DNA of 64,000 nt from Candidatus Sericytochromatia bacterium. GTDB lineage: Bacteria > Cyanobacteriota > Sericytochromatia > UBA7694. The position numbers and the translations under genes were made by a program. Below, in pieces: positions 29,716-39,478 of the stretch. The stretch covers positions 10,470 to 74,469 of the forward strand of contig JBFWRL010000005.1 in assembly GCA_050248915.1 (NCBI GenBank), written 5' to 3'. Each line of letters begins with the position of its first letter. Positions within the stretch are counted from its first letter, which is position 1. The notes under the pieces are model-generated. The model had not been told where the DNA came from. It was given only the letters and a program-made list of their open reading frames with translations, and made no database searches.

Positions 29716-30471
29716 TTAGCGATTGCCTTTGGCCGGAGTTTTAAACATATCCGACAAATTGGTGATTTTATAACCACCAGGCACCGCAAATAAACTGGCT
29801 TTGATCGGAATATTGACCTCAATACTCTTGGTTTGCATAGCGGCAATTTGGCCCCGTTTATCGGTAGACACTTCCACCTTTAAAGGCAAAACCAAATCTT
29901 CCGCCAGCCACAGCTTGACTTTGACCATTTCGGTACTGGTTTTGCCTTGGCTAACAGGAATTTTAGCGCTTTTGGCAATTTCCCAGATTGTACAAGGGTG
30001 ACCCAAAACAGAGGTTTTGCCCACTTGCTTGCCGCCCTGCTTTTGCAACTCACTGCGCAATTTCGCAGGGTCACTTAAGAGAGTCGGGTCGCTAAAAAAT
30101 TGGGGGTTGGCCGTACCAGGATTGCGCGAAGATCCTGTCATTTGATTCATCTGTGCCGTATCTACGCGGATGGCAGTCTTGTTGCGATCATCCAGCATAT
30201 AGCCCACTTTTTTATTCATGTCCATAATCACAGTGGCTTTATTGCTGATTTTCACGGGGCTATTGGCATTGCTCATATTGGCATTGCTGTCCACCTCCGT
30301 GCGAAATTTCATATCGCTGTACCAAACTTTGGCATTGGCACGGATGTTCCGGCCACCTTCTTGAGAGACCAGTTCGGTCGTCATCATCAGGGTTTTGGGC
30401 AAGGCCCAGCTTTCCAGATTGGGAAAACTCAGGCTCAATACCACCAGCCAAAAGAAAATCTGTCGAAACAT
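29716..30471 (-). CDS. Secreted protein, DUF4412/LolA-like fold
   Basis: GAGGAG SD, signal peptide, G..SVLGHPCTIWE, KLWLAEDL.LPLK and LFAVPGGY. Confidence 0.7.
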   Translation of the reverse strand: MFRQIFFWLVVLSLSFPNLESWALPKTLMMTTELVSQEGGRNIRANAKVWYSDMKFRTEVDSNANMSNANSPVKISNKATVIMDMNKKVGYMLDDRNKTAIRVDTAQMNQMTGSSRNPGTANPQFFSDPTLLSDPAKLRSELQKQGGKQVGKTSVLGHPCTIWEIAKSAKIPVSQGKTSTEMVKVKLWLAEDLVLPLKVEVSTDKRGQIAAMQTKSIEVNIPIKASLFAVPGGYKITNLSDMFKTPAKGNR

Positions 30472-30490
30472 GGCTGTGACTCCTCTTGAT

Positions 30491-30868
30491 TCAATCGTTT
30501 TGGATTGCATTTTTGATGTGTGTAAACTGCAGTTCGCCATTTGCCTGCCTCTGAATCCCCAGCGCATCAAAGCGAATGGGCCCAGAATGGGGATATTTAT
30601 GCAAAAAATAACGGGCTGCCTGAAGCAAATGGCGCTGCTTGGTGGGTGTAATCGCTTCGAGTGGCTGTCCATGCCGCAGCGAACGCCGAAATTTAACCTC
30701 AACAAAGACCAAAGTTGTGCCTTCTTTCATGACCAAATCCAACTCACCCTGACGGGTATAGACATTCTGGGCCAAACACTGGTAGCCGAGGGATTCCAGC
30801 CATTGGCGGGCAATTGTCTCCCCCTGTAAACCCAATTGGCGTCGATTCAGTTCTGAAAGAGTGGACAT
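30491..30868 (-). CDS. yraN: YraN family (UPF0102) endonuclease-like protein
   Basis: G..GE..A..L, GELDLV, LVFVEVK.R and RFDA. Confidence 0.92.
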   Translation of the reverse strand: MSTLSELNRRQLGLQGETIARQWLESLGYQCLAQNVYTRQGELDLVMKEGTTLVFVEVKFRRSLRHGQPLEAITPTKQRHLLQAARYFLHKYPHSGPIRFDALGIQRQANGELQFTHIKNAIQND

Positions 30869-31047
30869 TGGGAAAATCAGAAAAGTTCCTTTTTAAAAAT
30901 ACGGTCTTTGTTTTGGACAATTGTTTTAACTTTAGCATATCCTGCCACTTTTCTGGGACGGCAGGCAAAAGCAAAGCGCAAAATGAGCCTCTTTAAAATG
31001 GGAATCTCTGGCTCTTGGCCCAGTACACAAGCTATGATGAAGGAGCC

Positions 31048-31563
31048 ATGATACATTCCCTCCATACCATTTTTACAGCTCTTTTTGTGATAGCCTTTGC
31101 TGTTTCATTGGGCCTCTTTGCCGCTGGCACGGTCACCAAATCGCAGCAATTACTCAGGTGGGGAGCCTGGGGCTTTCTGGGTACTTTTTTGCTTTTACTG
31201 ATTGCTTATAGCACAGGATTCCCGCTAAAACAAACTATTTTAAGTTCTCCTGCAGGCCTGATCACCGCAGCAGCCGAAAAACACCACCGCATGTCCAAAT
31301 TTGTTCTGACGGGGGGTATTTTAATTTCAGCCGCCTGTGGAGTGGTGTTATTCAGATTTCGCACTCAAAATTACCCCGTTTGGTTCAGCCCCAATTTGCT
31401 GTTTATTGGCTTTATGTTGATCTTTTTTCTTTTGCGTTCACTGCTCACAGGCTTTGGCATCCATTGGGCCGAGCAAAAACAAAAAGCCAGTGAACAATTT
31501 GCTCCCCAAAACCTCAGTCCCGAGGTGACGACTCAGTCCCAGAAATCACCCCAGCCTCAGTAA
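31048..31563 (+). CDS. Four-TM membrane protein (possibly DUF2231-like)
   Basis: AAGGAG SD; four hydrophobic segments with conserved-looking His residues. Confidence 0.65.
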   Translation: MIHSLHTIFTALFVIAFAVSLGLFAAGTVTKSQQLLRWGAWGFLGTFLLLLIAYSTGFPLKQTILSSPAGLITAAAEKHHRMSKFVLTGGILISAACGVVLFRFRTQNYPVWFSPNLLFIGFMLIFFLLRSLLTGFGIHWAEQKQKASEQFAPQNLSPEVTTQSQKSPQPQ

Positions 31564-32848
31564 AAGGCAATTTGGTTTCGCCTGTAATCAGGCGGGCAGA
31601 GCGGTTGCGCGAGAGATAATTCCAGCCCCATTGCATCAGCACCATCAGGCGATTGGTAAACTCCACCAAATAGAGAATGTGAATAAAGAGCCACATCAGC
31701 CAGGCCAAAAGGCCTGAAAACTGAAGTTGGCCGACCTGAACCACAGCCAGAGAACGCCCAATTGTGGCCATACTGCCTTTGTCGAGGTAATGAAACGGGG
31801 AGACATTCAAGGGCTGATTGTGTAATTTTTGAAGCAGTAAACGGGCCACATATTTGCCTTCCTGCATGGCTGCAGGGGCCACACCGGGCACCTGTTTTCC
31901 GTCTTGGATCAAACAGGCCAAATCCCCAATCACAAAAATCTCGGGATGGCCAGGCAGACTCAGATCGGGCGCCACTTTGACCCGCCCTGCCCGGTCCAAC
32001 TCGACCCCAGTACCCTGAGCCAAAACCTTTCCCAGCGGCGAGGCCTGAACCCCTGCCCCCCAGAGAATCGTCTGGGTTTTGAGTTCTTGGCTTTGCTCCT
32101 GAGTTTTAAGGGTGATTTGCCCCGCCTGAATATCGGTGACAGCGGTTTTGAGCATGACCCGGGCCCCCAGTTTTTCAAGCGCTAAACGGGCTTTTTCAGA
32201 GAGTTCGGGGGCATAAGGCGCCAAGATACGCTCTCCAGCTTCAATCAGCAATATTTCCGCATCTGCGGGGTTGATCTTGCGAAAATTATCTTTGAGGGTT
32301 TCATGGGCAATTTCGGCCAAGGCCCCGGCCAATTCGACCCCTGTCGGCCCCCCTCCAATCACAACAAAACGCAACCAAGCTTGGCGCAACAGGGGGTCTG
32401 ATTCGCGCTCTGCCGCTTCAAAGGCCAATAAGACGCGCCGCCGTATTTCGGTGGCATCTTCAATGGTTTTGAGACCGGGGGCGTGTTTTTCCCAGTGGGC
32501 ATTGCCAAAATAATTGTGGCTGGCACCTGTGGCCACGATCAGATAGTCATAGTTCAGGCTTTCGCCATCGCTAAAAGACAGCGTGCGCGTGTGGGGATTG
32601 ATATCCACCACCTCCGCCAATAGGACCGAGGTATTTTTTTGTGTTTTGAGAATGGCGCGCAAGGGAGCCGAGATATTCGCAGGAGAGAGACCACCTGTGG
32701 CAACCTGGTACAAAAGGGGTTGAAAAAGATGAAAATTGCGGCGGTCAAGCAAAGAAATTTGGGCTGGAGCGCGTTTTAAATGTTGGGCCGCATACAGCCC
32801 TCCAAAACCGCCCCCGATAATCACGATATGGGGTTGCGTTGTCGGCAT
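31514..32848 (-). CDS. ndh: Type II NADH dehydrogenase
   Basis: GGGFGG, FQPLLYQVATG, GGGPTGVELAG, IGD and Y.DKGSMATIGR; AAGGAGG SD. Confidence 0.93.
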   Translation of the reverse strand: MPTTQPHIVIIGGGFGGLYAAQHLKRAPAQISLLDRRNFHLFQPLLYQVATGGLSPANISAPLRAILKTQKNTSVLLAEVVDINPHTRTLSFSDGESLNYDYLIVATGASHNYFGNAHWEKHAPGLKTIEDATEIRRRVLLAFEAAERESDPLLRQAWLRFVVIGGGPTGVELAGALAEIAHETLKDNFRKINPADAEILLIEAGERILAPYAPELSEKARLALEKLGARVMLKTAVTDIQAGQITLKTQEQSQELKTQTILWGAGVQASPLGKVLAQGTGVELDRAGRVKVAPDLSLPGHPEIFVIGDLACLIQDGKQVPGVAPAAMQEGKYVARLLLQKLHNQPLNVSPFHYLDKGSMATIGRSLAVVQVGQLQFSGLLAWLMWLFIHILYLVEFTNRLMVLMQWGWNYLSRNRSARLITGETKLPFTEAGVISGTESSPRD

Positions 32849-32940
32849 GGGCTGCCTCCTTAAGGGCACTGAATTGCAGGACTGCGATCTATTTTTAATT
32901 ATAAAATATTAGTGTAAAAAATACAATTAAATCCGGTCGA

Positions 32941-33642
32941 TCAAACACGGGCCCCAAAGATCAAACTGCCAACCCGAATCAGGGTCGCTCCTTCTTCGAT
33001 GGCCCATTCAAAATCGCCGGACATGCCCATCGAAAGCACGTCCCAAGAGGCATTTGGCAAAGCCAAGGCCCGAGCCTGGGCCTGTAGTTCACACAAGCGT
33101 TTAAAACAATCGCGAACGGGCTGTTCTTGCTCAGAAAACAAGCCAATGGTCATCAGTCCCTGGAGCTGGAGTCCAGGCAATTCATGCACCCGTTGAATCA
33201 ATGTCAAGGTCTGTTCTGGGGCAACCCCAAACTTACTCTCTTCATAAGAGGTATTGACCTGGATCAGAATCGGGAGCTGACGGCCCTCTTGCACCAGGCG
33301 CTGGCTGAGCTTTTGCGCTAAATCCCATCGATCAACCGATTGCACACAATCGGCAAATTTGAGCACGTCTTTGACCTTATTGGTCTGCAAATGCCCAATA
33401 AAATGCCAGTGGGCTGAGCTGTTTTGAAGCGCTTGGGCCTTGGGCCAAGCCTCTTGAACTTTGTTTTCGCCGAGCAGGGTTTCACCACAGTCCAAGGCCG
33501 CTTGAATTTGGGCTGTCGAAACCGTTTTGGTCACCAGCATCAATTGCACAGTTGCTGGGCTGCGCCCCACCCGCAAACAGGCCGCCTGCATGCGCTCACG
33601 AACGGCTTGAATCTGTTCTGATATCTGGGGTTCTGGATTCAT
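32941..33642 (-). CDS. yggS: YggS family PLP-homeostasis protein
   Basis: VTKT, GENKVQE, HFIGHLQTNK, LSMGMSGD and RVGSLIFG. Start uncertain. Confidence 0.95.
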   Translation of the reverse strand: MNPEPQISEQIQAVRERMQAACLRVGRSPATVQLMLVTKTVSTAQIQAALDCGETLLGENKVQEAWPKAQALQNSSAHWHFIGHLQTNKVKDVLKFADCVQSVDRWDLAQKLSQRLVQEGRQLPILIQVNTSYEESKFGVAPEQTLTLIQRVHELPGLQLQGLMTIGLFSEQEQPVRDCFKRLCELQAQARALALPNASWDVLSMGMSGDFEWAIEEGATLIRVGSLIFGARV

Positions 33643-33721
33643 AAAATAGACCTGTTCCATCGGGTGGTAAATCGCCCCCATCATACCATGCACCCAAACA
33701 GAGCGGGGTTATCTCCGCAAG

Positions 33722-33743
33722 AAAAAAGGCCCCTTTCGGGGCC
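33722..33743 (-). terminator. Intrinsic terminator of glnA
   Basis: Minus strand GGCCCC-GAAA-GGGGCC-T6. Confidence 0.88.
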
Positions 33744-33775
33744 CATGACTGGAGGCCTGGAGATTCAAACGGGAC

Positions 33776-35215
33776 TTAAAACTGACTCCAGAGGTATTGG
33801 TTGGTAACTTCGTGGTGGTAAATAATCTCGGGGGTTTTGATGCGCGCACCCAACAATTTGGGACAGCGATCAGCCGCCGCCTGCTTTAATTCCAAGAATT
33901 TTTGGTGGTTTTGCTCTCCCAGCATGCTGCGGGCAAATTCACTGCCTTTAAAGTGGCGCATGGCGTCATAGATATTGTCGGGCAGAAAACGGGTGCGGGT
34001 ACGCCGGGTTTCGCTGTCGAGGGTTTCACTCATGGGGCCTTCCATGCCGGTTTTGAGCAAGGTGTGCAGCAGCAAATAGGGGCTGGCATCGGGGCCCACG
34101 CTGCGCACTTCAATCCGGGCCGAGCGCTCATTGGCCAAGGGAATGCGAATCATCGAAGTCCGGTCAATGGCTGAAGACTTAATCTGGTTGGGTGCTTCGT
34201 AGGCCGGATCCAAACGGCGATAGGCGTTGACACTGGGGTTGAGCACCAGACAGATATCGTTGGCATTGTTGAGAATGCGATCGACAAAATTCCAGCCCTC
34301 TTGTGAGAGCCCGTCTTGGCCATTGGCATCATAAAAGACATTTTTACCTTTTTCTGAAATCGACATATTGGTGTGCATGCCATTGCCGTTGATATCTGCC
34401 ACAGGTTTGGGCAAGAAAGAGGCTGTCATACCCATACTATTGGCAATCTGACGGGCCATGAGTTTGTACAGTTGGATTTGGTCGGCCGCAATCACTGCAT
34501 CGCTGTAAGAAAAATTCAACTCAAACTGTGAGGGAGCCACTTCGGGATGGTCTTTTTCATTTTCAAAACCCAGGGCACGCTGGGCTTCGGCAAAGCGATC
34601 AATAAAGCGGCGCAAGGGGTCTTGGGGCAGGGAGTGGTAATAGCCACCACCCGAGACAAATTCAAAACCGCCGTTGAGTTCAAAGTTTTGCTCAGCATTG
34701 ATGCCATTAAACAAAAAACCTTCAAGTTCAACCGCCACATTGGCCACACCCTGATTTTTGGCCCAGAGTGTTTCGCGCATTTGAATCAAATGCCCGCGCA
34801 GATCGGAGTCATACATGCTGCCGTCATTGGCTTTGATCAAACCAAAAACCATCATTTTGCCTGGCCCAAAGACATCTGAAGGCAACCAGCGGAAGGAGCC
34901 CCAATCGATGTGCAGACGCAGGTCAGATTCACGCACCATGCTAAACCCACGCACAGAAGAGCCATCAAAGGTCAAATTTTCATACGATTTAAGCAGAAAT
35001 TTTTTATCGTAATCCAACATATGGAAACGGCCTTCGAGATCGGTAAAAGCCACAGTCACGGCTTTGAGGTCACGGCGGTCGCTGAGATAACGCAGATAAT
35101 GTTCTTGCAATTGATCTTCTTTGACCCGTTTCAAGACCTTGTCTTTGGCCTCAAGGTTTAATTCTTCCAATTCGGCATACGAAAACTCTGAGAGACTTTT
35201 AAAGCTATCGGACAT
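33776..35215 (-). CDS. glnA: Glutamine synthetase (type I family)
   Basis: FDGSS, HPEVAPSQFE, FLPKP..NGNGMH, AYRRL.P.YEAP, IRIP and RIEVR; AAGGTGA SD before ATG 35215. Confidence 0.85.
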   Translation of the reverse strand: MSDSFKSLSEFSYAELEELNLEAKDKVLKRVKEDQLQEHYLRYLSDRRDLKAVTVAFTDLEGRFHMLDYDKKFLLKSYENLTFDGSSVRGFSMVRESDLRLHIDWGSFRWLPSDVFGPGKMMVFGLIKANDGSMYDSDLRGHLIQMRETLWAKNQGVANVAVELEGFLFNGINAEQNFELNGGFEFVSGGGYYHSLPQDPLRRFIDRFAEAQRALGFENEKDHPEVAPSQFELNFSYSDAVIAADQIQLYKLMARQIANSMGMTASFLPKPVADINGNGMHTNMSISEKGKNVFYDANGQDGLSQEGWNFVDRILNNANDICLVLNPSVNAYRRLDPAYEAPNQIKSSAIDRTSMIRIPLANERSARIEVRSVGPDASPYLLLHTLLKTGMEGPMSETLDSETRRTRTRFLPDNIYDAMRHFKGSEFARSMLGEQNHQKFLELKQAAADRCPKLLGARIKTPEIIYHHEVTNQYLWSQF

Positions 35216-35245
35216 GGGACTCACCTTTTAAAATTTCAATTTGAC

Positions 35246-35268
35246 GTGTTGATTTATGAAATCAACAC
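35246..35268. promoter_or_regulatory. Perfect inverted repeat upstream of glnA
   Basis: GTGTTGATTT-atg-AAATCAACAC, just downstream of a minus-strand TGnTATACT -10 element. Confidence 0.55.
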
Positions 35269-35368
35269 TAAAATACAGTATAACAAATATAATTTTTAAA
35301 ACAAATAAATTAAGTCCAATAACTTTTATAATAAATATCTGAACAGAAAGACTAAAATCTCAGATCAA

Positions 35369-37081
35369 TTATTTTTTTGTGAGCCAAGTACTGATCTCGG
35401 ACAGTGATAGGGTATTGAGCACCGCGGAGCGGGTCCAGCCCCCTTTGCGAGCCACTCCCACGCCATAAGTCACCACATCCAAGCCACCACAGCTGTGTGC
35501 ATCGGGACTGATGGCCAATTTCACCCCCAATTGACGCGCCAAAGGACCGTGGCGCCAATCCAAGTCGAGGCGGCTGGGATGGGCATTGAGTTCCATCACG
35601 GTACCGGTTTCAGCGCAGGCCGCCAAAACGGCGGGCACATTGACCGGATAACCCTCACGGGCCAGCAAAATTCGTCCTGTCAAATGACCGATCATGGTCA
35701 CCCGCGGATGGTGGATCGCGTGGAGTATGCGTTCGGTCATTTCAGCCTCTTTCATTTTAAAGCGGCTATGGACAGAAGCGATCACAAAGTCAAATCCCGC
35801 CAACAATTCATCGGGATAGTCCAGACTGCCATCGGGCAAAATATCCACCTCAATGCCTTTAAAGACTTTAAAGTTTTCTAAACGGGCGTTGAGGGCATCG
35901 ATCTCTTGCCACTGGGCATGCACCCGCTCGATCTCCAAACCGTGGGCATAAACTGCCGATTGGCTGTGCTCCGAGACCCCCAGATAACTATACCCCCGCT
36001 GCTGACAAGCCTGAACCATGGCCGCAAGGCTGTCGGCCCCATCGCTCCAAGTCGTGTGGGCATGAAAAACCCCTTTGAGATCTTGCGCAGTGATCAAATC
36101 TGAAAAATCAGCACCAGCCAACACTTCGCCGCTATTCTCGCGCAATTCCGGGGGAATCCAAGGCAACCCCAATTCACGAAAAATGGCCGCTTCGCTGTCG
36201 CAGATAAGCGACTCTTCGCCACGAAACAAACCATTTTCATTGAGTGTGAGCCCCTGTTCTTGGGCCCGTGCTTGTAAAGCCCTATTGTGCTCTTTGCTGC
36301 CGGTCATCTGCAGCAAAAGAAAGGGGTACTCAGCTTCTGAGACCAAGCGAAAATCGACACTTAATCCCGATTTTAGGCGAATATGGGTCTGGGCCAAGCC
36401 CTGCCCAATTACCGACTCAAGCTGGGGCAAAGCCACAAAATGGGCCATGATCGCTTCGCGCTCGGGCTCATCACAGGCCCCTACCAACACAAGATCTTTG
36501 ACCACTTCTCTGGCCCTGCGCAAAGACCCCGCCAAAGAACAGTGCTTGAGTTGGGGAGATTGTTTGAGCCAGTCGAGCACCACCATAGCCTTTTCCTGGG
36601 CAAATGGAAAGAGAAACAACCCTTGACGGGTTTTTAAAAACTCCAAGCCCTGGAGAATATTGGTCTGGGTTTTAGCCCCAAAGCCCTTCATGGTCACCAG
36701 ACGGTTTTCATGGCAGGCGTATTCCAGTTCCCCCAAAGAGGCAATGCCCAATTGGGCATAAATGGCACTGACTTTTTTCGGCCCCAATCCAGGGATCTGA
36801 AGCATCTCCAAGAGTCCAGGCGGGGTTTCAGCCTTGAGGGTTTCGTAGTCCGGGTCAGGGTCACCCATGGCCCAGACGCGAATCTGCTGACTCAGACCTT
36901 TGCCAATGCCTTTAAGCTTTTCCAATTCACCACTTTCGAGCAAAAAAGCCATGTCTTGAGCAGCCATTTCGAGGGTACGGACGGCATTTTGATAGGCCCT
37001 GATTTTAAACGGATTGGCATCGTTCAGCTCCAGCAGAACCGCCATTTCTTCCAAACGCTCTAAAACCTGACCTTTGTTCAT
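35369..37081 (-). CDS. polX: DNA polymerase X / PHP 3'-5' exonuclease with altered polymerase site
   Basis: NPFKIRAY, HhH GIG/GLGPKK, GSLRR and PPELRE; PHP motifs HAHT..SDG, EHS, HLTGR and DAH. Confidence 0.93.
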   Translation of the reverse strand: MNKGQVLERLEEMAVLLELNDANPFKIRAYQNAVRTLEMAAQDMAFLLESGELEKLKGIGKGLSQQIRVWAMGDPDPDYETLKAETPPGLLEMLQIPGLGPKKVSAIYAQLGIASLGELEYACHENRLVTMKGFGAKTQTNILQGLEFLKTRQGLFLFPFAQEKAMVVLDWLKQSPQLKHCSLAGSLRRAREVVKDLVLVGACDEPEREAIMAHFVALPQLESVIGQGLAQTHIRLKSGLSVDFRLVSEAEYPFLLLQMTGSKEHNRALQARAQEQGLTLNENGLFRGEESLICDSEAAIFRELGLPWIPPELRENSGEVLAGADFSDLITAQDLKGVFHAHTTWSDGADSLAAMVQACQQRGYSYLGVSEHSQSAVYAHGLEIERVHAQWQEIDALNARLENFKVFKGIEVDILPDGSLDYPDELLAGFDFVIASVHSRFKMKEAEMTERILHAIHHPRVTMIGHLTGRILLAREGYPVNVPAVLAACAETGTVMELNAHPSRLDLDWRHGPLARQLGVKLAISPDAHSCGGLDVVTYGVGVARKGGWTRSAVLNTLSLSEISTWLTKK

Positions 37082-37101
37082 GCACAACGCCTTTACCTGA
37101 A

Positions 37102-37617
37102 TTATTCAAAACCAAAGATATAATCCTTGTTTTTGGCACCTGCATGGCAATTGATACACAAAGGGACTTTGCCTTTGAGCCGTGGGGCACCGTCGGGTGC
37201 CAACATAGCATAAAACCAGTCCCCATTGGCAGGGTCATAACCTGGGATTTTTTTCATCACATAAATGCGTTCAATCGGCCCATCAGTCCCCACATGCCCC
37301 TCTTTAAAGGCCAATGCGCCGTCGGGAAAAGGGTAAGATTTGGCATTAAAGGCCTTAAGCGCGACAGGATCGAGATGGGTGCGCACATAGATCCCGCCGT
37401 GTTGTGGGCTGAGGCGCAATTGGGCATTCAGACTGGCAAAACCCGTATAAGACTGTGAAAGGGTCTTTAGCTCAGCCTCATTAGGTTCGGCAAGCACAGC
37501 CGGGGCAGCGCTTGCCGGGCTGCCATTGGCCGGAGTTTGGGAAGTTGTGGGAGCAGAACAAGCGACCATCGCTGAGGCCAGCAAGACAAATACTCCAAAG
37601 GCAGAAAAGAGCTTCAT
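37102..37617 (-). CDS. Cytochrome P460 family lipoprotein
   Basis: Lipobox MVAC; FPDGAL.FKE, VMKK..GYDP..GDWFY and C-terminal CINCH...KDYIF. Confidence 0.8.
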   Translation of the reverse strand: MKLFSAFGVFVLLASAMVACSAPTTSQTPANGSPASAAPAVLAEPNEAELKTLSQSYTGFASLNAQLRLSPQHGGIYVRTHLDPVALKAFNAKSYPFPDGALAFKEGHVGTDGPIERIYVMKKIPGYDPANGDWFYAMLAPDGAPRLKGKVPLCINCHAGAKNKDYIFGFE

Positions 37618-37620
37618 ACT

Positions 37621-38241
37621 TTATTTGACAATCCCAAAATTCTGGACTTTATCTGAACCCAGATTAAAATGCAGTTCCAAATAATCGGGCACCTTGGCAA
37701 TGGCCCCCCCTGGACCCACTTCGGGTGGCTGTAAACCCAAAGCCGTAAAGCGGGTGCGAATACTGCCATAGACTTCAATCTTGCCCGCAGATTTGCGAAT
37801 TTTGACCAGCGCAGTCAGGGAAAAAGAGCGACCAGCCACCGCCAATTTACCTCTCACGGTGCCTTGACCTTTTGCCAAGATACTCTCCCACTGGGCTTTG
37901 GACAGGGCCTCAGTGGTAAAGGTCAAACTGGGCTGAACAGAGGCTTTTAAAATTTTTAACACCTCTTTGTCGCGGTCAGCCTCTTGGCTATTAAACGACG
38001 AAATTGGAATTGAGACGATAGCAGCAAATTTACCCGCCCCCGCTGCTTGGGCTGAGACAGAGACCTGACAACTGGTCCCCACCACCTCATGTTGAGACAC
38101 CAAGGCCAGCGTCTTTGTGGTGCGCCACGCCACACAATGGGAACCCGACTGAAGCACCTGCCGGGGGGGCATTGTGCCAGCCTGAGCAGGCAAACTGAGA
38201 GGTAACAACAGACAAAAAGCCAAAAAAGCAGGTTTAATCAC
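37621..38241 (-). CDS. YceI-like periplasmic protein
   Basis: GGAGG SD before GTG 38241; signal peptide (AQA); IPISSFNS...RD, P.LTF, G.L.VAG and GL.PP. Confidence 0.7.
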   Translation of the reverse strand: MIKPAFLAFCLLLPLSLPAQAGTMPPRQVLQSGSHCVAWRTTKTLALVSQHEVVGTSCQVSVSAQAAGAGKFAAIVSIPISSFNSQEADRDKEVLKILKASVQPSLTFTTEALSKAQWESILAKGQGTVRGKLAVAGRSFSLTALVKIRKSAGKIEVYGSIRTRFTALGLQPPEVGPGGAIAKVPDYLELHFNLGSDKVQNFGIVK

Positions 38242-38445
38242 GGGGGCCTCCAATAGATATTCGCGATTCACGGGATCGGTTGAATGCAGTTTATTCTTCT
38301 CCTGAAAGTGCTTGTGACAAACAGAGAAAACATATTACGATTATAGCAGCCATCTTAATCGGAACTACCGATTAAAGTTGAACGGGCACGCAAAATAGAG
38401 ATTCAATTAAACTAAAATGCCCTGGGTGGGAATAGAGGAGGAGCC

Positions 38446-39390
38446 ATGCAAACCGGTTTTATTGATTATTATCAGACCCTTGGATTAAACAAAAATGCCA
38501 CAGCTGAGGAAATTAAAAAAGCCTATCGCAAATTGGCCCGACAATACCACCCAGATGTGACAGCCAATAACGATGAGGCAGATCGTAAGTTCAAACAAAT
38601 TAACGAAGCCAATGAAGTGCTTTCAGACCCAGAAAAGCGCAAAAAATACGATGCCTATGGCGAGCAATGGCAATATGCCGATCAGATCGAAAAAATGCGC
38701 CGCAACCAAGGCCAACAGTATACCTACGACGCAGACCCAGGTGATGGCTTCTCTGACTTTTTTCATTCGGTTTTTGGTTCGATGTTCGGAGGCGGACAAT
38801 CCTTTGGCGGGGGGGCTGGACACCCTTTCGGGGGAGGCCGGAGCACTCAGCGGGTCAAAAGCAAAGGCCAAGACTACGAAACTGAAATCAGCCTGGATCT
38901 GGAAGAACTGTTGGAGGCCTCCAAGCGCACCCTCAACGTCGATGGACGGCAGATCCGCATTACTGTCCCCGAAGGGGTGAGTGACGGCCAAACTATCCGT
39001 GTGCGTGGTCAAGGGGCGGCCTCTCCTTATGGCGGCGAGAATGGCGACCTCTATGTCAAGTTTAAAGTCCGCCCCCATGCCCGATTTGAAAGAAAAGAAG
39101 CCGATCTGCACCTCAAAACAGAACTCGATCTGTATACCGCGATTCTTGGCGGTGAACTCGAAATCAAAAGTCTGAGCGGCCCAATTCGCTTAAAAATCAA
39201 ACCAGGCACCCAAAACGGCTCTACCCTGCGCTTGCGGGGCAAAGGCCTTCCGCTGTACAAAAAACCAGGTGAGCGGGGAGATCTCTTTGTCAATCTGCAA
39301 GTCCAATTGCCCGAAAAACTCAGTTCCGAAGAAGAGGCGCTTTTCAGGCAATTGGCAATGCTCCGCCAAACACCCACCCAAACAGCATAA
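38446..39390 (+). CDS. J-domain co-chaperone (CbpA/DnaJ class B, no Zn finger)
   Basis: DYY..LG, HPD, G/F region and DnaJ C-terminal GDLYV/GDLFV; GAGGAG SD. Confidence 0.92.
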   Translation: MQTGFIDYYQTLGLNKNATAEEIKKAYRKLARQYHPDVTANNDEADRKFKQINEANEVLSDPEKRKKYDAYGEQWQYADQIEKMRRNQGQQYTYDADPGDGFSDFFHSVFGSMFGGGQSFGGGAGHPFGGGRSTQRVKSKGQDYETEISLDLEELLEASKRTLNVDGRQIRITVPEGVSDGQTIRVRGQGAASPYGGENGDLYVKFKVRPHARFERKEADLHLKTELDLYTAILGGELEIKSLSGPIRLKIKPGTQNGSTLRLRGKGLPLYKKPGERGDLFVNLQVQLPEKLSSEEEALFRQLAMLRQTPTQTA

Positions 39391-39478
39391 TTTTCAAATT
39401 GGTAACCAACGCACTGAATATTCGCGCGCGAACCCTGTAAACTGCTATTTAAATCCAGAGATTGAAAGACAAAAATAC

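Noticed and set aside
30472-30705. Long 329-aa version of the DUF4412-like ORF
   Set aside because: It overlaps yraN; the SD and signal peptide support the start at 30471.
35369-37081. polX as a pseudogene
   Set aside because: The reading frame is full length and the PHP motifs are intact; only polymerase-site residues are altered.
39269-39478. N-terminal extension of the GGDEF-REC ORF overlapping the J-domain gene
   Set aside because: It overlaps a real gene by over 120 bp; ATG 39479 is more plausible.
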